From Octopus sinensis (lineage: Eukaryota): a DNA stretch of 64,000 bases. The stretch covers positions 32,612,001 to 32,676,000 of the forward strand of contig NC_043012.1 in NCBI RefSeq assembly GCF_006345805.1. The letters run 5' to 3'. The position numbers were made by a program, and so were the translations under genes. The number at the start of each line of letters is the position of its first letter. The stretch's first letter is position 1. The notes under the pieces are model-generated. The model ran no database searches and was not told the origin of the DNA. It saw only the letters and a program-made list of their open reading frames with translations. Below, piece by piece: positions 50,496-64,000 of the stretch.

Positions 50496-53400
50496 TTTTA
50501 CCTGTTTATTTTCCCAAGTTACAAAATGATTTTAATTACATTTCCACAAGACATTTTTATAACTTACAAATACAGGTAACTGCATGATAATCATAAAATT
50601 TCATATCAACACTAACAAATTGTTGAGTTGTGGAGGGGTTTATAGCGAGTGGAAAAGGGATGTATTCTACGTTGTCCTTTTTTCTTTTATCTCCTCTTTA
50701 GTTTAGGTCATTCTCAGAAAAACATTACTACCTGTGAAACATGACTAATGACCATTTTATAGAAAGTAAAATAGATGCGAGTTATGTATGTACCTTAATC
50801 AAAAGTATAATTTCATGCATTTCATAGTTTTTGAACACAGGACGGCCTGCTGTACTTACCTTGGATCGTAGAGCGACCTGCTGTGCTTGAGGAGACCTAT
50901 TGAGTCAAGTTCATCAACATCAAAAAATCAAATGGAAATTGTAGTTGTGATACCTGTAAAAAGCACCATCCATTCGTGGTCAATGCCAGCACCTCCTTGA
51001 CTGGCTTCCGTGCCGGTGGCACATAAAAACCACCAACCAATTGTGGACGTTGCCAGCCTCTCCTGGCATCTGTGCCGGTGGCACGTAAAAAGCATCCACT
51101 ACACTCATGGAGTGGTTGGCATAAGGAAGGGCATCCAGCTGTAGAAACATTGCCAGATCAGACTGGGGCCTGGTGCAGCCTCCTGGCTTAGCAGACCCCG
51201 GTTGAACTGTCCAACCCATGCTAGCATGGAAAACGGACATTCAACGATGATGATGATGATGTTGAAAGTATGAGGTGGGCATTCAGTAAATAATAACAGT
51301 CAGTAAGTATAACCATGGTCCTATAAAACTATGATGAAACACAACCTCCAACAATGTTTTTCCAATTGTAAGTGCATCCCTGCTTGTTTAAATTCACTTC
51401 ATAGCAATGACTTGTGTCAGCTTATATCAGTTAATGAAATGAAATATTAGTCTGTTGTTGATTCCTCAATAGTATTTCTGATGTGGTGAGCTGGCAGAAT
51501 TGTTAGCTCGCTGGGCGAAATGCATAGCCATATTTCATCTGCCGTTACGTTCTGAGTTTAAATTCTGCCGAGGTTGACCTTACCTTTCATCCTTTCGTGG
51601 TCGATTAAATAAGTACCAGTTACACACTGGAGTCGATGTAATTGACTTAATCCGTTTGTCTGTCCTTGTTTGTCCCCTCTGTGTGTAGCCCATTGGGGGC
51701 AGTAAAGAAATAGGTATTTCGTCTGCCGTTACGTCCTGAGTTCAAATTCTGCCAAGGACGACTTTGCCTTTTATCCTTTCGGGGTTGATAAATTAAGTAC
51801 CAGTTACACACTGGAGTCGATGTAATTGACTTAATCCATTTGTCTGTCCTTATTTGTCCCCTTTGTGTTTAGCCCCTTGTGGGCAGTAAAGAAATAGGTA
51901 TTTCTGATGTGGAACATAAATAAAAAAGGTCCAGTTTCATATTTCATTACGATTCATTCTTTTTAAGGATCATAGGTTAACAGAATCAGCAGAATACTGA
52001 AAAATTGACCTAAGTATATTTGACCCTTTAATATTCAGATTACTCTGTCAAATGTAATGCTTATTTATTTACATTGTTTTGAATTATTCATGTATTGTCT
52101 TGTATCTTTGAGATTTTGATGTGATAGTTTATTTTTTTAGAATGGCATTGTATAGGGTAGGTGTGAGAGGCCGAATCTGGTCTGTATGAACATAAAACAG
52201 ATAGAATATTTGGGTCTAATATAGTCAGTTTAAATGCTAAAGGGTTAAATTCTGCTAGGGTTGAATTTGTATTTTATCTTTCCAGGGAATTGATAGAATA
52301 TATTTCATCAGTTGATTCAAGCAACGATGCCTATAAAACCAAATACCAAACAGATCAAGATACATTACCATCCAATGAATAGATTCTGATTTATTAAAGA
52401 CACTTAGCTACGAGAAGATCTCTTTGCTGTAGAAATCACTGTCTAAATGGTGAAGCGGGGAATGATTCTTCAATAGGAAGACAAAAATAGAAAATATAAC
52501 ACAAATAAAGCATAGAAGATTAGTTTTCTATTTCTCATATCAACAATGCTAATCCAACAATATCTATTGATTTAATTTATTTTATGAGGAATATTTCTCT
52601 GCTTGCAATAAATATGAACTATTAATTCTATCTCTGATAGCAACACAAGTTATTTTTAACGGTCTGACTCTAATGATATTTAGATAACATTCACACGAAT
52701 TCCATTTTTGTCTTCAATTTATTATCATTGATAGACAGAGAAATTCATAATAACTTAGGGTAAATGATGTTATTATGGAGGCTAAGTCAATCACTAAAAT
52801 ACCCATATGATTAACAGGGTACCTATAATTTAGAAGCATAGTGCACAAATAGCATTTTATGTGAAATGACCACTTTATATTCCCCAAATGCTGAGGGAAC
52901 ACAAAGGAAACTTAAAGAAGATTTATGCACGATCAGAAAATTATTTTAAAATAATTGTTTGATTGGATATTCTTTATTTACTTTCATGGAAAATATTTGG
53001 TTTGACATGCGAATCTAACACTCATTGTTTTTCAGTTAGCTCATTGATCTCCCTTAATCCTTATCTACTCTGCTGGCAAGTATGTGTGTCAGAAAAGATT
53101 TACTGTCTTATCTAGAGAAAGAGTTCAGAACTGGCAGACAAATATGAACCGACCAACCTTTCTACTATGATATTGACATGTTATCCACCTGGCTGTTTGA
53201 ACAATTGATATAGAATTCCATAAAGATAAACATCAACTGCAAAATAAAGCAAAACCTGAGCTTAGACTGAAATAGAAAGCAAAGAAAATGTGTAAGAATT
53301 CAAGAATGATGAGAAGGATAAATACCATTTGTACTATAACAATCCTGATAAGTAAATAAGAAAGAAGAGAAAGATATCAGGGAAAGCAAGCAACTACAAA

Positions 53401-54354
53401 GTATCCCTTTAAAGTTACTAAAATATCAAAGATAACAAAGAAGAATTTTCTGAGAAAATTGCCAAAGAATTATTTTCAAGATAGGATAACATATAGAGAA
53501 TAATTCTAAATAATCTTGTAAAACAGTGATGTCATTTAACATCAGTTTACCATAGTGTGAAGAATTCCATTCAACTTTGAGAAAGTACCGTATGTGAAGA
53601 AGGAGTCTCTGTTTGATCAGAAATATTGCAAGATCTGTTATAGCATAAATAAGGATTAAAATATTTGGTAGAGACGAATATATACTGGTGGTACTCCAGC
53701 ATGGTCACAGCCTTTGGACTGAAATGCGTAAAAGTATAAAGGAATATGAATAATGTCATAGAGATAAGACTTTGGATCATAGCATCTACTTTAAAAGTAC
53801 AATGAAACAAAACATGGAAAGAGCCCTGGAGATATCTGTCTTGGAATTCGACCATCTGGAGGAGACACTGTGACTTTGACAAATAATACAGAATCTTAGT
53901 AGTTTACTACTACTACTACTACTGCCACTGCTGCAACCACCACCACCACCACCACCACCTCCTACTACTACTACTACTACTGCCACTGCTGCAACCACCA
54001 CCACCACCACCACCACCACCACCTCCTACTACTACTACTACTACTACTACCATCACCACCACCACCACTACTACTACTACTACCGGTACTAATAGGGAAA
54101 GACATTGCTTATAACATTTGCAAGTTTTCCCAGACAGAAGAGGCAGATTATGTTTGATGTTCTGCAAACCAATGCCAGCCCATAAAACAGGAAACGTAAG
54201 GGTGGGGGTGGGGTGGGGCAGAGAAATGCTTGATGGTAGCATTTCTTGGAATAAAGGGTTGAGATAAATGTTTAGTACTAGGTTTGAAATACATTAGGGA
54301 TGAGGAGAGAAGGCAGTGAGCTTGATCAAAGAGGAAGACAGCATGATATTTCAA

Positions 54355-55262
54355 GGCGGCGAGCTGGCAGAAACGTTAGCACGCCGGGCGAAATGCTTAG
54401 CAGTATTTCGTCTGCCGCTACGTTCTGAGTTCAAATTCCGTTGAGGTCAACTTTGCCTTTCATCCTTTCGGGGTTGATAAATTAAGTACCAGTTACACAC
54501 TGGGGTCGATGTAATTGACTTAATCCGTTTGTCTATCCTTGTTTGTCCTCTCTGTTTCATCCTTTCGGGGTTGATAAATTAAGTACCAGTTACACACTGG
54601 GGTCGATGTAATTGACTTAATCCGTTTGTCTATCCTTGTTTGCCCTCTCTGTTTCATCCTTTCGGGGTTGATAAATTAAGTACCAGTTACACACTGGGGT
54701 CGATGTAATTGACTTAATCCGTTTGTCTATCCTTGTTTGTCCTCTCTGTTTCATCCTTTCGGGGTTGATAAATTAAGTACCAGTTACACACTGGGGTCGA
54801 TGTAATTGACTTAATCCGTTTGTCTATCCTTGTTTGCCCTCTCTGTTTCATCCTTTCGGGGTTGATAAATTAAGTACCAGTTACACACTGGGGTCGATGT
54901 AATTGACTTAATCCGTTTGTCTATCCTTGTTTGCCCTCTCTGTTTCATCCTTTCGGGGTTGATAAATTAAGTACCAGTTATACACTGGGGTCGATGTAAT
55001 TGATTTAATCCGTTTGTCTATCCTTGTTTGTCCTCTCTGTGTTTAGCTCCTTGTGGGTAGTAAAGAAATAGATATTTCGTCTGCTGCTACGTTCTGAGTT
55101 CAAATTCCGCCGAGGTCGACTTTCCCTTTCATCCTTTTGGGGTCGATTAAATAAGTACCAGTTACGCACTGGGGTCGATGTAATCGACTTAATCTGTTTG
55201 TCTGTCCTTGTTTGTCCTCTCTGTGTTTAGCCCCTTGTGGGTAGTAAAGAAATAGATATTTC
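54355..55262 (+). mobile_element. Meta-like SINE dimer containing a 6 x 97-bp internal tandem array (54458-55039)
   Basis: Units start at 54458, 54555, 54652, 54749, 54846 and 54943; GATATTTCAA on both flanks. Confidence 0.92.
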
Positions 55263-56100
55263 AAAGCAGAAAAGAGCCATTGTAGCAACACTAGAAGACA
55301 TTAAGGAATTATGTGATACATTGGAACGTTAGAAAATGCAGTATGGTGGTGATGTGAAGGTTAGTCAATCAGCTGGACATAATCTTAATACCTGAGCCTA
55401 TATGCATGTGTGTATGCACACATGTGTGTGTGTGTGTGTGTGTGTGTGAAGTGGCAGCAAGAACACTAGACCTGTGCTTTGTTGATAGTCATCAATCATG
55501 GAGAGCTGAAGAAATTTTCTGGTCCTGAAGCCAAATATTTCAGTGATCCAGAACTAAAAAGTACACAGAAATATTCATAAATAATCATAATGGCCAATGT
55601 TCAATCAAAATGACAATGTTCAATCATGCAAATAATATCTGTTAGTTGGAATGGAAACAGAATTCAGGTGATGTTGGGGCCTGAAGTTTCTCCAGGCATC
55701 AAAGAGATTTATTCAGAGAATATTATTTCTGTGGAACCCTACCGATATTAATGTTTGGTAAACAATGGAGAAATAGAGATCTATGTCTAAGAAATGTTAA
55801 AAAGAAATAACCATTTGAACTACTAAGAATCTAGAAGTATTATCCATGAATTAATGACCAGAATTAGGTGTAGACCATTAGGGTGTATAGAGGGTGCAAG
55901 CATACCTACTTAAATTTTGGATGGATCCGGGGTGCGGGTGGGGGTGGGACGATGAAAATGCTGTGGATCGACCTCCTGAAAAACTTCATTGCCAAAACAA
56001 ACATTTTTGAACGGATTCAAAATATTAATTTTCTATTATCAGATTTATCTGATTTGATTGCTGTATAAATATAATAATAATAATAATAATAATAACAATA

Positions 56101-56290
56101 GCCAATATCTACACTGGTTAATATGTTGACATTATAAAAATCAAAACTGTTGACAAAGGGTGAAGCACTATCCTGAGGCTGCAATCAAGGGAGAAAATGT
56201 AACAATTCTTTTGAACTTTCCAGTACATACAGACAGAACCATCAAAGCTAATAAACTGGATATTGTTGTGAAAGACCAAAACAATAAAGT
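56101..56290 (+). mobile_element. RLE-type (R4/Dong-like) LINE fragment after (AAT)n
   Basis: ENVTILLNFPVHTDRTIKANKLDIVVKD resembles the ILWDF...RPDIV restriction-like endonuclease motif. Confidence 0.7.
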
Positions 56291-58144
56291 CTCTTTAACT
56301 TGTTTCAGTCATGTGGCTGTGGCCATGCTGGAGCACACTTTTAGTTGAGCAAATCAACCCCAGGACTTATTCTTTGTAAGCCTAATACTTATTCTATCAG
56401 TCTCTTTTGCCGAATCGCTAAGTTACGGGGACATAAGCACACCAGCATCGGTTGTCAAGCGATGTTGGGAGACAAGCAATTTCATTCCTGCACTTATGGC
56501 ACAGATAGACATGGCTGTGGGGTTAAAAAGTTCATTTAACAAATTGTGGTCTTAGGTTTAATCCCACTGCCTGAAATTATCTTCTACCATAACCTCAGGT
56601 TGACTAATAATAGCTCGTTAATGAAGTTTAGCTGGTGGAAAATGAGTCAAAAACCCATCGTACATACCTACACACACGAACACACATGTACATAAAAATG
56701 TTTATCTTTTGCAATTTGAATTGATGAGAAACTGAAAGACCATTGACACTTTCTTGTTGTTTTCCCCTTAGAGAAATCTGGTGAATCAATGATAGGCCGG
56801 TTGCCAACCCTGATATTGTTTACAAATTGCTTTATAAAATAGTAATAACTAAAATAAAAAGTCAGTTTACTTCAGGGTCTCTGAGAGGAATTTCGCACTA
56901 AAGAAAAGGACATCTTTCAGGTCCCTGATGATAAGGAAAGTGTCCTCTGAAAATTTAAGGGAGCTGTGAGGTCTTTATATCTTTGATCCTTTCAGTACCA
57001 TATTTCTGTTGAAATATGCAGCATTTATTCCAGTTAATTTTGAAAATAATGAAGAACTTGTAAAAATAATTTCATCCTTATTAAGCTGGCATTTGGAACA
57101 TAAATTTACACGGAATTTTGAAGGAAAGCTTTAATTAAAATTACAGTAAAATTTTATCATAAAAACAGGGGCTGACTCAGATGAGTTGGTTTCAAAGGGG
57201 TCAAAGGTGGCCCCCATCTATCCAATATTGTCCCTCCCACACATACAATGGCTTTCCATTTCTTATAGTCCTTGGCATGCTTACTCTTTTACTCATTTCA
57301 GTCATTTGACTGTGGTCATGCTGGAGCACCACCTTTAGTCGAGGAAATCGACCCCATGACTTATTCTTTGCAAGCCTAGTACTTATTCTATCGGTCTCTT
57401 TTGCCGAACTGCTAAGTTACGGGGATGTAGACACACCAGCATAGGTTGTCAAGCGATGTTGGGGGGACAAACACAGACACACAAACATACACACACACAC
57501 ACATATATATATACATATATACGACGGGCTTCTTTCAGTTTCCGTCTACCAAATCCACTCACAAGGCTTTCGTCAGCCCGAGGCTATAGTAGAAGACACT
57601 TGCCCAAGGTGCCACACAGTGGAAATGATCCCGGTACCATGTGGTTCGTAAGCAAGCTACTTACCACACAGCCACTCATGGAAGAAGTCTATCATGTATA
57701 GTGAATACATCTCTTCATCTCTGAGAACTCGATATTAAATGGGTTGGAGAAGTAATTTCAAGGGGAAATGGGGATTTCAGACAAAACAATTATGTTAGGG
57801 GCAATTTTGTTGAAGCTGTTGTAATATTTACAACTTCAACTTGTAAAGGTGTAAAGATGTATGTACAATAAAACAAACTTGAATATGAAGAAATATCGGA
57901 AATGAAATCTATTGGTTGAAAGCAGTGTAGCCTGAAGCACATATTTACAAATTGGTAAAAGTGATAAGACTAGTGCCTCAACTAAATGCTATTAGCTATT
58001 AATCACGCTATTAATCATGAGATAGTAATGGATATCAATAGTGAAAGACATGAAAGGAAGACACAACAAAGTCAGAAACAATTTTCTGAATGGGAATAAA
58101 AATCTTTGCAGATCTAAAGGTGTCTAAGTAGAACTGTAGAGTAA

Positions 58145-58438
58145 ACACACACACTCTCTCTCTCTCTCTCTCTCTCACAACACTCTCTCTCTCTCTCACA
58201 CACACTCTCTCTCTCTCTTACACACACGCACTCTCTCTCTCTCTCACACACACACACACTCTCTCTCTCTCTCACGCACACACTCTCTCTCACACACACA
58301 CTCTCTCTCACACACACACACTCTCTCTCTCACACACACACACTCTCTCTCTCTCACACACACACTCTCTCTCTCTCACACACACACTCTCTCTCTCTCT
58401 CACACACACGCACTCTCTCTCACACACACACACACACA

Positions 58439-58470
<32 letters not shown>
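58145..58470. repeat. Alternating (CT)n/(CA)n compound microsatellite
   Basis: Direct reading. Confidence 0.95.
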
Positions 58471-59589
58471 AACCATCAACCACCAGTAATGTAATGTAAT
58501 GAAAAAGAATCTAGTATCAATTTTTCTCTATTATATTCTCCATTTTGATATAGCTGAGAATTTTCTAGATTCTAAAACCTGCATTTGTCATGAAATGGAT
58601 GTGCAAAGACAATTCCTTATTTGAAAAGGAAGCAAACAGTAAGTCTATGAGTTTGTTAAACTCAATAACAATAGCTATTTGTGGCAGTAATTTGTAGATG
58701 TATATATATAATTTCCCAGATATTTATATAATTAAATTTATAAATCTATATTTCTGAGATGAGTTGTTGCTGGAGTGGTTCAAATGTTTTGTCTATTGTC
58801 TTTATTTGTGTTTTAGAAGACAGAGAAGTGTATTATGTCTACTGAACTGCTAATAGGCATCGTATTTTGTCAGGATATCTGCATTATTATTGTCTTTATT
58901 GTTTTAATGGTCGTTTTTTGGCAGAATGAATAACTTACCAAATATTATCTTCAGTTTACAAGTTGCAAAGGTCTAAAAGGGGATTAAAACTCAGACATAT
59001 GTGATGAAAGAAAAAGAAAAGAGCAAGGGAGCAAGAGGAAAGTGAAAGAGGGCAAAGGGGCAAGGAAGAAGGAGGGGTGATGGGGGTAAAGGAAGGGTTG
59101 AAGGTGAAAGGGGTAAAGGGGAAAAGAGGGACCAGGGGAAGGAGGGACAAAGAGAAAAGGGAGTAAGAGGGAAACAAACAAGAGAGATGCTATTTCTGTT
59201 AAATAATGATACTTATTGTAATGGCTGACACAAATTGATTTTCAGTGGAACTGTGAATATATTTTAGTCTAGAGCAGTTTTTTTTTACTTGTGGTGCACT
59301 TTAGAGCAAAAAAAAATGTATTTTGTAGTACTTAAAATGTATTTTGAAAAATATAAGTGATTTGAAATACAGAAAACTATTAAATACTTTATTCAATCAA
59401 ACATAGTTATTGTGGAAGTGTGATTTTTTGGTGTTTAATATTTTGAGTGTATCTGAGATAAACTCACCCTTGTTTCATCTTCAGTGCAATATAGTCTCTC
59501 TTGAAGTGGTCTGTAGTATGGAATACATAACCTTACTAGGGAAAAGACATCCCTGCCCACATGGCATCAAAAGGGGCCAGAAATTATAT

Positions 59590-60010
59590 TAGCCAGTAGT
59601 AACTGTTTATTTAATAAAGATAAAGTTCTGGCATTGGAAGCTACACCAGTGCCAGAACGGGATGACACTGCATAGAGCCAAAGGTCCCAGCAATGCCATC
59701 ACGTTTCAGGACCAGTTACTGCAACAGCCTGGGTTTCAAGAGCCCATAGCTTTTTAATATTCTCCCAAAGAGTCTGAGGAACTTGCACAAAGTAGATGTA
59801 GGAGTTTTTAAATCAAAGCTGGACCTCTTCCTGTCGAGAGTCTCAGATGAACCTACCTCATGGCAAGAGGTGCAAATGAGGGTAGCTATATCAAACTCCA
59901 TGCTTCACCAAGTGCCACATATTAGAGGAGGCTCTTAGTAATAACAGTGTAGCAAAACGGCAGTGCATCAGCATGGCCACAGTTCTGAGCTGAAACTAGA
60001 GAAAGAAAGA
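59590..60010 (+). mobile_element. LINE 3' fragment (CR1/L2 group) whose tail matches the CORE-like SINE tail
   Basis: FNILPKSLRNLHKVDVGVFKSKLDLFLSRVSDEPT then GGCAGTGCATCAGCATGGCCACAG...TGAAAC. Confidence 0.65.
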
Positions 60011-61524
60011 TAATGAGGTTGAGATATTTTGTACTCACAGAAAGTTTTGGACCTTCAGACACTACTGGATGGGTCTTAATAATAACTGTGATGGGATAGT
60101 GTAGTCTTCAGCTTTTACCCAATGTGTTACAGTGGTATTTCTTCTACAAAGCCTTTTCAGTGATTACTAGATCACAAAGCAAGGCTCCCCGCCAAAGCCT
60201 TCTCCACATCTATGAATACCAGATACAGGTTCTTACTCCTAGCTAAGTAATTGTTGTGCAGGTGTCTCATCTAGGCTAATCCCGTTCATAATCAATAATG
60301 CAATAGCTCTTTCTGTAACTTTCATAATCTGATATAATAGTTTTGTACCTTTATAGTTTCCTCTTTCTTGTGTATCTCCTTTGAACCTGTAACAGTTTAC
60401 AAGGATACTGCTATGTTATGCTACTCAGTGGTCATGACACATTCTTACATCATCATCATCATCGTTTAATGTCTGCTTTCCATGCTAGCATGGGTTGGAC
60501 GATTTTGACTGAGGGCTGGTGAAGCAGATGGCTGCACCAGGCTTCAGTCTTGATCTGGCAGAGTTTCTACAGCTGGATGCCCTTCCTAACGCCAACCACT
60601 CCGAGAGTGTAGTGGGTGCTTTTTACATGCCACTGGCATGGGCGCCAGTCAGGCGGTACTGGCAACGACCTCACTCGAATCTTTTTACACATGCCACCAG
60701 CACAGGTGCCAGTAATTAATTAATTATTCAAGATGCTAGCCTTCTTATGATTAAATTACGTTTTACTATACTGAGACTCTAAATCAAAAAGGAGGGCATT
60801 TTCCCTCTGATATAGCTGGCCGTGAAGATACATGGCTGAGTGGTTAGGATGCTGCACTCACAGTCACAAGATCATGGTTTCAATCTCAGACCAGTGGTGC
60901 ATTGTGTTCTAGAGCAAAACACTTCATTTCACATGGCACTAGTTCATTCAACTGTAAATGAGTAACCTTTCAATGGTCTGGCATCGGGGAAATGTTGTGA
61001 TCACAGGCGCTTATATACAATGAAAACTGGGTCCTAAGAATCTCAGAACTCAGAATCCTAACAATCCTAAGAATCTCAGAACTCATGACAGCACTTATAC
61101 CTTTTATTTTTTTATGACTGGCTGCAGTCAATTGATGAAAGCTGTCAAGGTGAGAGTAAATATAATAAATATGTGCCATGCTATTTTGAAGCACCGCAGA
61201 TTCAAATGTATTAAACACCTGTCCTTATACTTATTCATTCACTCTACATTATTGGATTCATATTTTGGTACAAGGCCAGCAATTTCGAGGGAGGGGGTAA
61301 ATCAATTACATTGACTCCAGTACTCAACTGGTACTTATTTTATTGACCCCAAAAGGATGAAAAGCAAAGTTGACCATGACAGAATTTGAACTCAGGATGG
61401 ACAAAATACCACTAAGCATTTCGCCTGGCGTGCTAACGATTCTGTGCATATAATGTGTATGGGTGAGGGACGAGACAAATAGATAGATAGATAGAAAGTG
61501 AGAAAGAAAGAGGGTGAGAGAAAG

Positions 61525-61599
<75 letters not shown>

Positions 61600-62516
61600 G
61601 ATATTACATTGACTGCGTTGTGGTAATATTCCAATACAATTATTGCTCCACAACCAGCTTTTCAAATCCATTGAAGCAAAGTAGATACTAAAATAAGACA
61701 AAGATGTGATAAAAAAAAAATTAGCAAGTATTTAAAACAGCCAAGATATACTCTGTCAGTGAGGCTGATAAAGTGCTGTAAACTGAAATATCATAATATC
61801 ATGGCCATGATTTATGTTTGTTTAGCGTGGACATAATATATCCGAGATAGACACACATCATCACCACCACCACTACAATTACCATTATCACCATCATCAT
61901 CATCATCATCATCATCATTACAATAACCTTATCACACACACTGCAACTCAAACTCCTTCCTTATCATCCTACTTCAGTTGTCCGTTAATGCATGAACAAT
62001 TTCTAACATTCGAGTAATACAATATATATTCAGTTTATTATTATTATCATTATTACCATTATTATTATTATTGTTATTATTATTGTTGTTGTTATTATTA
62101 TTATTATTTCTTTCTCAACGAATTCAACATTGTTGACATTTACCAATTTATTGTTGACACATTACATATAAACAGTTATTTTGCTCCAATAATTCGGATT
62201 TTTACAGTAATCTCTGAGTAAAGTCTTGGTAATCCAACCTTGCCAACACAAAACAACATGGATTCTAGTTACAGACAGCCATTGTAATATATTGTAGAAT
62301 CATGTGAAAATTGATCTTGGTGAAATATTTTAAAATGTTGGATTAGTAAATTTGAAGAAAGTTGCCTGTTTTTATGTTTTTTTCTCTCTCATTGGTTTGG
62401 TCTTGGGGAAGGAACTACTGTGCTCATGGCCTTCATAGATTCTTCGAGACTGTTGAGTTTGATACTGTTAGTGTTCTTGGAAAATTACAATATGACTGCA
62501 GGCTACATATGGACTG

Positions 62517-62822
62517 TGGAGGCACATGGCCTAGTGGTTAGAGCAGTGGACTTGTGGTCAAGGGATCGCGGGTTCGAATCTCAGACCGTGCGATGTGTGT
62601 GTTTATGAGCGAAACACCTAAGCTCCACGCGGCTCCAGTAGAAGTTAATGGCAAACTTCTGCCGACACTTTCGCCATAACTTTCTCTCACTCTTTTCTCC
62701 TACATCTTGCAGCTCACCTGCGACGGACCGACGTCTCTCCAGGTAGGGAACCTATATGCCAAGGAAACCGGGAAACCGGCCCTTATGAGCCAGGCATGGC
62801 TTGAGAAGGAACAAACAAACAA
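62517..62822 (+). mobile_element. tRNA SINE (same family as 45176-45492) with 12-bp TSD
   Basis: ACATATGGACTG at 62505-62516 and 62823-62834. Confidence 0.9.
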
Positions 62823-64000
62823 ACATATGGACTGGAAGTGGATTCTATGGGGAGACATCTAGGAGAGAAAGGATTAGGTGAAGTGGCTAGTGTAGCCTGG
62901 AGGGATGGAGATGAGGCGTGGGCACAGTAGGAGTAATAAGGGAAAGATGAATAAACAAGGCGTGTCTGAGTGGAAATGGCTGCAGACCAATAGAGCTGTG
63001 AAGAGTGGAGGCCACTATAGTAGTGGAAGAAAAGGCAGGGGAGATATAGGAGGTCTAGTATACTAGATATAGTATGTCTGTAAGTATAGTTGCAACATGG
63101 TCTCAGATAAGAGATCCCATTTGAAGTTTGTATAGAGTTAATAGATGTTGGGTAGGGGTAAGAAGTGAAGAGGAAGGCCAATCTTTGACACTGATGTTGT
63201 GAGATTGCTGGGAGAGATCTTCCATGATGTTGAGGTTTAGCATTTGTAGTGACCTTAATGGTTCTTGTTGCTTGCTGTTGAGGACTAGAGTGGGATATGA
63301 TAGTATTCTGTTGATTTGTAGAGTGATTGTGATTCTATGATACTGAAGGAGATAAGGTTGGTCTGACCTCACTAGAGAATGTTTCTGAAGTCTCTAATGA
63401 TAGAATCAGTGCAAATTTAGAATGAGGTGTCCCAGTTCCATGTTCATTTATAGGAAAAGGGAAGAAGAGGAACAGGAAATTTTAATTCACTAAAATTGAA
63501 AGATTAATAAAAGAATATATCTGTAAATGAATCAAACATTTAGGCTATCAAGATAAGAAGGGATTGATTACAATAACTGGGGTGTAATATATTTAAGATT
63601 GAAACTACCTTTGCAGTACAATGAAATAGATCACTGGGAAGACTTCCATGAAAGTGTCATGAGAGGCCTCTATTTTGCTTTGTACTTTGCACTGCTGGCC
63701 TATCTACCCTCAATCTCCTTTAGCCACACCCTCATTGGTGAGGTACTCTGCAGGATGGCTGAACTCATTGTGGCGTGGGAACTGGAGTCAGCTCTGGCCA
63801 ATTTGATCATTTAATGCTTTGCTATCCCCTAGAATACAGATGTCCAATGTAAGTGGAACATCATCAAATGCAAATATACCTCCAAGCAGATTGAGACATC
63901 CTTAGACCAGCACTGCCTTACCTGCACCCCGCCCTGCTTCACAGCCATACAGGGGTGCATGGCTTGATTTGTTGCCTTCCTTATCAACTGGTACCCTTTC

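Noticed and set aside
53761-53873. Protein-like open stretch DKTLDHSIYFKSTMKQNMERALEISVLEFDHLEETL
   Set aside because: Weak acceptor, short, no recognisable homology
54458-55039. CRISPR-like array
   Set aside because: Contiguous tandem units without spacers, derived from a SINE, in eukaryotic DNA with no cas genes

Overview
This is AT-rich, repeat-dominated eukaryotic DNA. The SINE/LINE/microsatellite mix looks like an octopus (coleoid cephalopod) genome; that assignment is from recognition of the repeat families and was not verified. Only one intact host-type gene is clear: an intronless, minus-strand ferritin-fold ORF (1495-2019). It has lost nearly all ferroxidase, nucleation and 3-fold-channel residues and has no IRE, but sits just downstream of a perfect GGTCACGTGACC palindrome. 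The rest is mobile DNA: 5'-truncated CR1-like LINEs, RTE, L2/Crack-like and R4/Dong-like LINE fragments, at least four SINE-like families (some nested, dimeric or tandemly amplified), Tigger, mariner, piggyBac and hAT relics or MITEs, and many microsatellites. The most unusual non-coding signal is a cluster of (TA)n-flanked, Penelope-like, fold-back elements at about 17.7-20.6 kb. They carry 4-5 type I hammerhead-ribozyme motifs, one with a near-canonical core and a long perfect helix II. Most ORFs in the supplied track are microsatellite or SINE artefacts. A few splice-site-bounded segments might be exons of an unrecognised host gene, but I could not assemble them.
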